From Eledone cirrhosa (Eukaryota): a DNA stretch of 64,000 nucleotides. Shown here piece after piece: positions 53,572-64,000 of this stretch. The notes under the pieces were generated by a model. It had not been told where the DNA came from. It did no database searches and saw only the letters and a program-made list of their open reading frames with translations. The stretch's first letter is position 1, and every line of letters begins with the position of its first letter. The stretch spans positions 42,160,001 through 42,224,000 of the forward strand of contig OZ024749.1 in the NCBI GenBank assembly GCA_964016885.1, in the 5' to 3' direction. Both the position numbers and the translations under genes were made by a program.

Positions 53572-53871
53572 ATACATATAAATAAATATAGCGATGTGAT
53601 GTGATATATTATGATATGCAAATAAGCATTGGATGGCGGAACATGACGAAAAGCATGTAGCGAGTGGGTGGAGAGAGGAAAGGGTGGGAATTATTAATAA
53701 GTAGGTCCCATAAGGTGTGTATGTGTGTGTATATATATATATATATACAGTATATATGTATGAGTGTGATTATGTGCTTTCGAGTTACAGTGTATAATTG
53801 GTCTGTGTATGTTTGTGTGTGGGATAAGATTAACAAGGAACAATATGTAAAAAAAAAAAAAAACGAAGTGA

Positions 53872-53907
<36 letters not shown>

Positions 53908-54127
53908 TATATAAACACAAGCATAATGTGAAAAGGGTCCATTGATAAGAAGAACCGATCCCCACTTTCGAATATCTGTGTCGGCATTTTATCACTTAGC
54001 CGATCTGATTGAGTAAGATCGATTGATTTGACACACAGAATAAATAGCTACTTTTTTTTAACTGTCATCACCGCCACTATTACTACAACCAACTTTCTAT
54101 CAAAAATATAAAAAAAATGTATATACA

Positions 54128-54182
<55 letters not shown>

Positions 54183-54297
54183 TATACAAATAGACACGCA
54201 CGCACACACACACACACACAATTTGAAGGGGGCATCAAATATTGATTTTAACCTATATATATATATATAATATCGAATATGCAATAATTAATACTAC

Positions 54298-54359
<62 letters not shown>

Positions 54360-54647
54360 CGTGAAATATTTGGAAGAGATAAGAATTAATATAAGATACA
54401 TTACATACACACACGTTGAATTGAAGACTGGTCTCTTATTCCAAGTAGTGTGAACAGGAAATGCAATCGAAGTAGGTAAAGACAGTCGGGTGGGTGGATG
54501 TTGTTTTGGAATGAGAGACGAGCGGACAATCAGACAGGAAGACTAATTAGAGAAAGATTCTTGATTCTGGTAATGAAATAAAGGGAGGCTTTGATGCCGG
54601 ATCCAGTGGTATGTTACTACTGCCGATGGCACTCAGCACACACTTAC

Positions 54648-54800
54648 GAACATATACATATATACACACGAACACACGCTTTCTGGTCGGTGTGTTGTAT
54701 GTGTGTGTGTATGTGTGTATGAAACTGTTGTCGGTTTTGTAATTTTTAGTGGCCAGCGTAAGGCACGCACTTGCTTGCTTTGCCGGGCTGAAGTTAGCTC
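54648..54800 (-). promoter_or_regulatory. Candidate non-coding first exon / promoter of the Pak gene
   Basis: Mostly unique, CpG-retaining sequence ending at a consensus donor TTC|GTAAGTG (54647-54641). The Pak ATG exon has an acceptor, so an upstream exon must exist somewhere. No transcript evidence. Confidence 0.25.
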
Positions 54801-55575
54801 CCTTACAACCTGGCTTTAATTGTCACATTAACTCCTGAAACCCCCAACAACTACGCTAACACAACAGAGACTACATTATACTATACTATACTTAAATAAC
54901 ACATTGTATAATATTACTACACCGCATAACTCATTGCATAGTGATACTACACTATTACTACACTTACACAACACATTGCATAGTGATACTACACAACACA
55001 TTTTATAGAGTTACTACACAACACATTTTATAGAGTTACTACACAACACATTGCATGGTAGTGACACACTATACTATACCATACTTATTTAACACATTGC
55101 ATAGTGTTACTACACTATTACTACACATAAACATTGCCCACTGGTACACCACACCATTACATTGAATTACATTGTATATACCATACCTTATAAACAACAG
55201 CTACAGCCAGAAAGAAAAACCGATTTCCTCAGCTAGGTAGACGACGACGACACAGGAAGCCGTATATAATATAATATAGTTGCTCAGGTGTTAACGTGAC
55301 TGAGGATGTGATGGGGGTGAGGTTGGGATGGGCTGGGAGGGGAGGGGGTGAGGATGGGAGGGGGTGTAAGATAGCGGGGATTTGAAATAAGGTTATATAT
55401 AACAATGATGCCTATACTAAAAAACAGACTTTAATGTAGGACTTTATTTAATAAAAGAAGAAGCAATTTGTTAAGTCTTGTCAGGTAAGATGTCAGATCG
55501 GATGGTGGGGGTGAGGGTGGGATGAGGTGGTACAGCGGAATCTGTGACACGAAGAACAGCAACAACAACAATAAT

Positions 55576-56272
55576 AATGTTTCTACTTTTGGCACAAGGC
55601 CAGAATTACCCCAGTGCATTACTGGTACTTTATTTTATCGACTCTGTAAGGATGAAAGGCAAAGTTAACCTAGGCGGATTTGAACTCAGAAAGTAAAGGG
55701 CCATAACTTTGTACTGCAAAGCATGGTGTCTGATACTACCGATACTGCCTAATAATAATAATAATGGTTTCTGATTTAGGCACAAGGCCAGCAAATTTTT
55801 TTTTTTTGGGGGGGGGGGGAGTTAAAGTCGATTAAATCTACCACAGTGCATTACTGGTACTTTATTTATCGACCTCGTAAGGATGAAAGGCAAAGTTAAC
55901 CTCGGCGGTTTCTAATTTAGGCACAAGATATGAAATCTGGGTGGGGGGGGGGCGTTGGATTAGATGGGGGAAAGGGGGCGGGGAATCTGTGACATGAAAA
56001 ACAATTATAACGGTTTCTAATTGAAAACACAGGGCCAGCAATCTGTAGTAGGTGGGAGGGTATAAAAAAAAAAAAAAAAAAAATCAATTGTATCGACTCC
56101 CTCACCACCACCCCACCAGTATTCGACTGCTACTTTATTTTATCGACCTCGGAAGGATGAAAGGCAAAGTTGACCTCGGCGGGATTTGAACTCCAAAATC
56201 CGTAGCTGGCTGGAAGTAGCACCATAAAGCATTTTGTCTACCGCTCTAACGATACTCCCAAATACTACGCCT
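55576..56272 (-). mobile_element. Cluster of three tRNA-derived SINE copies
   Basis: Copies at ~55576-55750, ~55765-55907 and ~56012-56272. Confidence 0.8.
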
Positions 56273-56634
56273 TCACGAAATATAGTGATGACACAAGATC
56301 ATATTGAACACATCGATTGAAGGACAGAAGAAAGACAAAGAGAAATGTTGACATCGACTCAGTATATTACTGGTATTTATGTATTTATTCTATCGCCGGA
56401 AGGATATGAAAAATTTAATATCGGCGAGGTTTTGACATATTACACAAAACAATTTGAAAAAGAAAAACCTTTGTTTGGAGGCATCATTGTATTATTTCCT
56501 GTTTTAAGCTTTGATAACACACACAACAGTTTTCCAAGAGATGGTAACATGAATGGACCTGTTATTTTATCTAAAAACATTTTTTTCCGATTCCGCCCCG
56601 TCCGTCCCTTCAATATTTCTAATTTCTCATTTTT

Positions 56635-56670
56635 TCTTCTGATGAAGGACTAGCGTCCGAAGCGTTAAGG
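56635..56670 (+). ncRNA. Family B hammerhead-like motif with mutated GAAA (GAAG), probably inactive
   Basis: TCTT-CTGATGA-A-GGAC-TAGC-GTCC-GAAG-CGTT-AAGG, inside a ~220-bp repeat (56535-56760) homologous to 5755-5965. Confidence 0.5.
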
Positions 56671-56773
56671 CCCTCTTCCTGCTATTTCAAGCGTTAACCT
56701 AATATATCCCTTCCATATACTGTACCGATTGTGTTGTTATTTCTGTTTACCTTTTACATACATACATACATAC

Positions 56774-56817
<44 letters not shown>

Positions 56818-57024
56818 GTGTACGTGTGTCCTGGGTTCAATTGGGGTTAACCACAGCAAGTAAGGTACTCAATACATAGAGTATAAATTTCTACAGGACT
56901 AGAACTGTTTCATTGGTAGGAAATCATCGGGAAAGCCGACTGTCAATGTGACTTAGTAGTATTTATACATTTTCTGGTGGTAGGGGAAGGTGGTGATTAG
57001 GATGGGTGGAGGTCATTGGCTCAT

Positions 57025-57090
<66 letters not shown>

Positions 57091-57140
57091 ACTGTTTAAA
57101 ATACCGTATTTAAAAATACACGTATATATATATATATATA

Positions 57141-57215
57141 TAGGGTGTCTCCAAAAAATGTATACACGCTTCAATATTCTAATAAAAGTGTGTACACATT
57201 TTGGGGGACATCCTG
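57141..57215. mobile_element. Tiny Tc1/mariner-like MITE; other copies 17488-17566, ~31033-31122, ~41360-41454, 58863-58935, 61570-61678
   Basis: TIR consensus CAGGGTGTCCCCAAAAAATGTATACAC / GTGTATACATTTTTTGGGGACACCCTG, usually within TA/CA repeats. Confidence 0.75.
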
Positions 57216-58289
57216 TATGCGTGTGTGCGTGTGTAACGAAATGGCAAGTCTAAGGGGTCAGTTTGTTGCCCTTAGTCCCACAATAGCCTGGTCCTAGGGT
57301 TGTCAAATTTAAGAGGTCTAACCATGCACTACTACCACCACCATTACCACTACTACTGACTTGACCAACTGCGATCAGTTAAAGAAACTGCTTCAGTAGT
57401 GATTCAATGTTAATTAAGATATTAGGGGTCAGACAGGTTTAGGAAACTCTGAATGAGCCCCCCCCCCTTCCACTAATTCTTTTGAAAACCCTTTCATGGG
57501 TTGTCTGTGATCTTGGACAGATTATGGATGACAGGATGGAGGCGAGAACAAAGAGAGTGGGAAGAAGGGTAGAGTTTATTGTTTGTCTAGTGGTGGTGAG
57601 GTTTTTAATAAATAAAGTGTTGAGAAAGAATTATTGCCGTTATGTCCTTCCATACAAGATTCCCAGTTTCGTGTTGTTTGCTGTTATTTTTCCAATGAGG
57701 ATAAAACTGTTCAATAAAATCCTAAGGAACAATAACAATAACAACAAGAAGGATCACCAACTATTACTACAACTGTTATAGAGGAAAGCAGGACAACAAC
57801 AACAACAACAAGAACGATGACAACAACAACTACAACAGCAAGAACTGTAATCTTTAATTCTCAGTGAGTAATGTAATATGGAGGGGTGTAAGGTGGGTGG
57901 AGTGGAGTAAGGTGGAGTGAAGTGGGGTGGAGGAACGGAAAGGAAGAGGTGAAAGTGGGAGGGGGGTGAAATCACGTTTGAAGTTGTCTGAATGATTTTT
58001 TTACGGGGGAGAGAAGGGGGTGCGGTGGCAGGAGAAAGACGAAGAGAAGGAAGATGAAGAAGAATGGAAGTAAAGAAACGAATGAGGGTAGAAAGGGTTA
58101 AAAGGAGTGTGTGGTGGGGTGGAGGTGATTGTCGATGAGTCACGCTATGATGGTGGTGGTGGTTGTGATGGAGAAACAATTGAAGTAAAGATCGACACTT
58201 TGGCTGGCTTGATTGTCAAATTTGCCTTGTCTGGCTGTCTGTCGCCTGTAAGTCTGTCTGTCTGTTTGGGGTAAGATTTTCTACTAAAG

Positions 58290-58358
58290 CAGTGGTTCTT
58301 ACTTAGCCCCCTTTTAGTCTATAACACCACGTCCCCTAATACAACTACTGCGACACCT

Positions 58359-58389
<31 letters not shown>

Positions 58390-58729
58390 GCTTCCCATCA
58401 CCATCATACCTCAAAAAATGAATAATCCCTACCACCTTTACGATACCTCAAAAAAAATTATGCCCCCTCCACCATTATGACACCCCAAAAAATGTATGCT
58501 TCACCACCACCACCACCGCGACACCCCTAAAAATGAATGTCCCACACACCACCGCCACGACAACTAAAGAAATATTTCATTCTCCCCCTTCCTCCGTTAC
58601 CTCAATATAAAAATGTTTGATATGTTAAAAAGATATAATTTGAAATTTAGAAGGAAAAAAAAAATAGTTTCTCCCCCTTCTTACCTCCCTCCTGTGTGGG
58701 GACGTGCAACCCTATGTTTAGAATCACTG
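58290..58729. mobile_element. hAT-like MITE with internal degenerate repeats
   Basis: Termini CAGTGGTTCT / AGAATCACTG; eroded 8-bp flanks TACTAAAG / GACTAATA. Confidence 0.55.
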
Positions 58730-58820
58730 GACTAATAGTGAACTAGGTCGTACTAGGACGAGTGGGGATCTAGGTATGACTGGTATAATTCAATACAGAG
58801 AGAGAGAGAAAAAAAAACAA

Positions 58821-58864
<44 letters not shown>

Positions 58865-61478
58865 GGGTGTCCCTAAAAAATGTAGACATTCATTAAAATG
58901 CTGTTGAAGTGTGTATACAGTTTTTGGGACACTATATATAAGAACTGACACAGTTCTACAGTGGAATAGATGTTGAGAAAGCTAAGAACCTCTATAACGA
59001 CAACAATAACAACAGTAATGATGAAGAACAGTGAACGAGTCAAGGTGTAAATTAGGCTCTCTGCGTAATTGTCCAGCCTGCTAGAAATAACAGCCAAATG
59101 TCCCTGAAATGACATGCACCCCCCACCCCCCACCCACACACACACACTTATTGTCTTGGAGAAGAACAAAAGACAGACTAAATAATGTGTCGTACATATA
59201 GACTTTATATGCAATACTCGAAAAAAAAAAAAAGAATAGGTGTGTGTCATGGCTGGAACGTCCTTGATCGCAGGTCTGCTCAATCAGGCCTGACCTGTGG
59301 TTATAATAACACTAACAACGACGAGTGATCAACTCCCAACACCTGACTAAGCTGGCTGCTTGTATTTTCTTTCACTTTCTCTTCAGAAAAGCCAGCAACA
59401 ACAATCCATGCAGTTTCCTGTCATATAATAAATACGGGACCATGTGCAAAACTTAAATGTTTGTTCATCATCATCATCACAAAGGCATTGTATTGGCAGA
59501 ATCGTTAGAGCGTCGGGCAAAATGTTTGTGGTATTTAATTACCGAACGGATGGTATTTAATTACACGAACAAAAACAAGACAGGTTTCTATAAGGTTGTT
59601 GTTCGACCAGCTAGAAATAGCAGCCAAATCATAGACTACCGTCTTGAATTAAGGACACACATAGCACAGTCTAGTTACATGGTAAAGAAGCGGGATAGTT
59701 AAGGTCCACAGGTCTGTTGGATAGGAGCCAAATTGAGACTAAACAACGAGAAAGGACATTTTTTTAATGTAGTCCTTGATACCCACATAAAGAAGAGAAA
59801 GAGATGGTCACATTTGAAACGCATTTGATTACGATTGACCCGCTAATTACTATATATATATATATATGTATATGTATTCGTGTGTAAGTTGCACTGGTAG
59901 ATAAGTCACACCTCCATTTTACATACGACATTTACAATGTACCGCATATTTTGAATCGAGGTTTTGCAGGTCCAATAGATAAGTCACATGCTGGATTTTC
60001 ACGTCGGATTTCTAAGTAAAAGTGCGATCTACACACGAATATATATATATATATTACACACGCAACCAAAATGAAGCAAAATGGTTATAGCTAAAGGAAA
60101 CTAAGCCCGGTCACGAACTAGTGATGGTTATAGTAGTAGCTATTTGGGACTACATTATCAAATAGGTGTGTCCTCTATAATTTGAGGAGATTTAGCTGCT
60201 ATTTCTAGTCTAATGAGCTTGCGACCACGTACAGACGGCCCCCACCTCGTTTCCCTCGTTAACTGTATAAATAGTAGTAGTAGATATCTAGGGCTACATT
60301 ATCAGATAGATGTGTCCTCTATAATTTGAGGGAGATTTGACTGCTATTTCTAACATGGTGAACGTGCGACTACGTACATACCCCCACACCACCCCTCGTT
60401 AACTGTGGTGATGGTGGTGGTAGTAGCAGTAGTATTCGTAGTAGCAGGAAAACCCCAGTTATTCAACAACAATGAGGAAGTTCACAGCTTCCTACTAAAA
60501 CATCAATAACAAAATAAATACAAAGAATTTACTTTAACAAGATAAAGCAAGAGAAATCATTGCTCGACTCCCGAACAGGGTAGTGAGTTGTCATTGGGCA
60601 AGATACTTTATTTTACGTTGCTCCAGTCCGTCCACTCAGCTGGTAAAAATGAGTCAAAAGGCCAAAGTTAGCACACACTGTCACGCTGAATCTCCCTGAG
60701 AACTAAATTAAGTGTACACGTGTCTGTGGAATGCTCACCCACTTGCACGTTAATTTTATGAGCAGACTGTTTCGTTGTTCGAACCACTGGAACGCTCGTC
60801 GTCAGAACCGACGAAGGTCCAATAAAAATTCTTTCGTTGCCACATATTTCTGATGAAAGACTTGGCATTATGATTTTCAAATAATCGAAAATTTATAGGG
60901 ATTTAGTAATAGACATGACTTTCATTATTAAATTGATGTTTGGAACATAACTTGACTAAGGTTCTTGCATAAAATTATGACAGGTGCTTTTTAGATTAAT
61001 ATAAACACCTTAAAATAAAGTTGTTTTTATAATCATAGAACCAGGGACGGTTTGGTATAAAAAATATTAACCGGTTTCAGACGGTTTGGTATCAAAAATA
61101 TTAATAACCGGTTTTAGATAGTTTGATATCAAAAAGGTTAATAAACTCACTCACACACACCTAGTTCCCTAAACGACCTCACGGGAAAATACAGGTAAGA
61201 GGAAGACCTAGACACGTTCATTGTTCATATATACAAACTACCAAAGCAGTCTCCCTCTCGACTGAACAACAGACCTTTCTCCAGTGACATTATCACATCT
61301 AATTAAACCAGGCCATCTAATCAACTGTCAACCACTGCTACCTTCTTCAAGAAACTACTGTTAAACTATCAAACGACAGCTTTAACACCTTTTGGACTTA
61401 TTCTCTCTCTCAACTGCTCTGTCGTTGAACCTGTAGCCTTCTTGGTCCTCGTACAACCTCCCATATCACTGCTATCGG

Positions 61479-61525
<47 letters not shown>

Positions 61526-62667
61526 TGTGTTCCAGCCGAGGGGCTGAGGCCATGCTACATTTATTTATACATGATGTTCCCCCAAAAATGTATACACAAA
61601 GGCTGTGCATTCTTGCATTCTAATAAATATTGCCTGTACAGGTGATAAAAGTTTGTGTAGATGTTGGGGGACACCCTGTATATATATATATATGATTATT
61701 TCTAGGGTGTTTAATCCTTAAAGTGGTGTAAATTCCACAAAGGTAATAGCGGAAGAAATTGTAACTCAGGTTTCAAATGTTGAAATCTAGGAAGATGTCC
61801 ACTTTTATTTAGTGTTGGCAGACGACAATGAGCTGGGTGTGTCTCCCTATAGCTTTCCATTTTTTCTCTTCTTTGTCAACATTAACACCTCTCTCTCTCT
61901 CTCTCTCTCTGCCACTCCATTCAGTATAATTCCTCCTCCTTTAACCCATGTTTAATTTTCTTTCTCTCTTCCTTCTCAGACTCTTCTAGGTTGTCCAGCC
62001 TGACAGACGGACCAACCAAAGGATCAACATATATTTGATATTAGAAAAATTAGAAGACTTAATCCAAACTGAACTTTCCCATAGTTGCTACTTTTGAGTT
62101 TGTGTCCTCCACGACAAAAAGTAAAAAACTCTACTATATGTATTGAGCACTTTTCCTCCTGTTTGGAAACTCAAACACACATACACATAAATGTGTGTAT
62201 AATATATACAAACATAAAACGGGATGGGTGACTATTTTCCTGTTTAATACATCTATTCACAAGCTTAGCTCATTAACAAATTAATTAATATATGATGATG
62301 ATGATAGTAGTGGTGGTGGCGGCAATGTGCTTCGCCTTAAGAACATGTGTGTAAACATACACGTGTGCGTGTATCAAATTTACCGAGTTAAACGGTGTCG
62401 AAGTAGACAAGTGTCTCTTCACAATAATTTCCGCTATTAATTATGTCCGAGAGAAGCTGTCGTGTATAAGTATATGTTGAGAAACTATCGATGTATATTT
62501 TATATGTATCGATTAAACCTATATATATATATATATATATATACACAACAGAACAGTGATTACACACCCACGTAAAGACGTATGTATACAAACAGAGAAG
62601 TAAATATACATACATACACACACACATAATATATGTGTGTGTGTGACTGGAATTTTGTTTTTAGCTT

Positions 62668-62760
62668 GATAACTCTTGTGAGCAGATTGATGCTGGAGTC
62701 AGGTCGATAACACAAATAAGGACCTTGAACCAATCATCTGCGAAACGTACGTAACTGGTC
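62668..62760 (+). ncRNA. Decayed hammerhead-like motif with long stem II
   Basis: CTTGTGA (2 changes from CTGATGA) - GCAGAT...AGGTC..GACCT...ATCTGC - GAAA - CGTACG - TA. Perfect palindromic stem III, eroded stem I, followed by the UU-bulge hairpin at 62816-62835. Confidence 0.5.
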
Positions 62761-63352
62761 GATAACCAATAAAAACATTCATGTGAAACTTCGTTTTGTT
62801 ATACTTAATTTACAAACTCTGCCTTAGTATTGAGTGCTAGTTATTTGGTAGCACCTCCAGTAAGCCACAAAGTTACAGAAATGATTGAACTATATATATA
62901 TATATATAAGACGCTGTGACCCCGGATGGACCAACAGCATCGTTGGTAGGGGTCGAAACTGCTCCAGGTCCATCTCAACGGCCGATGACAATGGAGTTTT
63001 GTCCGTTTGTATATATATATATATTTTTGTTTCCGTTCATTGTCTTGTCCTTCGTTCATTTTCTTATGTTTATATATATATATATATGAAGTATTTCCGT
63101 AGGAAAGGAAAAGAGAGTGCTCTATGTAGGCTACAGAGCTTTTTAGTTATGTATTAAACAACATAAGATGAAATAATTATCTTATGTTGTTTATTACATA
63201 ACTATATATATATCAGAATGGGAGCGGTAAAATCCGTTAGACCATTACTCACGAGAGTACTCGATACTTGGGGTACTAGACTGGTTTCAACAGCTAGATC
63301 CGATCTAGCAGTTGAAACGGCAGGAGCTCAGCCGTTGTGGTCCCGAATTTAT

Positions 63353-63393
<41 letters not shown>

Positions 63394-64000
63394 CATACAT
63401 ACACACACGTCCGTACGTGCGTGTGAAAATCAGGCAGAGAGTACAAACATTTTTGAATTCATGGTCATGAATTCAAAGCGAAGTGAAGACAAGATAAGAG
63501 ACATCTAATTTAAAGCTAAGTCAGACGAGACTAGCCATTAGCAAACAGGCCCCCACCAGCAGTAATGATGGTGTGGTGTGGTATACGGTATAAAGCTAAA
63601 TGTGTTGTTATGAAAACAGTGAGGAAAATGGGTCTTGTTGAATAACCAACTATGAAATGTAAAGACGATCCACTTTACATTAATTACACCTTGCATGAAG
63701 CGAGGAGTTTGATGATGGTGATGATGACAGGGGGATGTTTTAGTCATGGAGGGAACCCCCACCCTTTAGTCATAGTTGTTAATTAGCATAACTACAAGTT
63801 CTCTATTTTTCTCTCACTTTGTGTGTGTATCTATCTATCTATCTCTTACCTCATGTCTTTCTCTCTATCTATCTTCTCCCTTGACAAGTTCTCTATTTCG
63901 CTATCTTCCTCTCCCTTTGTGTATCTATCTATCTATCTATCTCTTACTTCATGCCTATCTCTCTATCTATATATTCTCCCATGTCTCTATCTAACTCTGT

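Overview
AT-rich, microsatellite-saturated animal genomic DNA. The repeat content points to an octopod cephalopod (inferred from recalled SINE sequences, not from a search). Almost all ORFs in the supplied track are simple-repeat artefacts. One host coding exon is supported: a minus-strand 90-nt exon at 4511-4600 carrying the start of a group I p21-activated kinase (MSDDPEKPPAPPLRLASN, Nck SH3-binding motif). Most of the window is therefore probably its 5'UTR intron(s) and upstream region. The rest is tRNA-derived SINEs, decayed RTE and R4/Dong-like LINE fragments, hAT/piggyBac/Tc1-like MITEs and minisatellites. The most interesting signal is a set of short non-coding elements inserted in microsatellites with three recurring parts. 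(i) Minimal type I hammerhead ribozyme motifs of the Penelope-like kind. (ii) A downstream ACUC-stem-loop-UU bulge-GAGU hairpin whose upper stem covaries across at least nine otherwise divergent copies. (iii) Fold-back inverted duplications with 17-217 bp arms. All structures were folded by eye and no activity is demonstrated.
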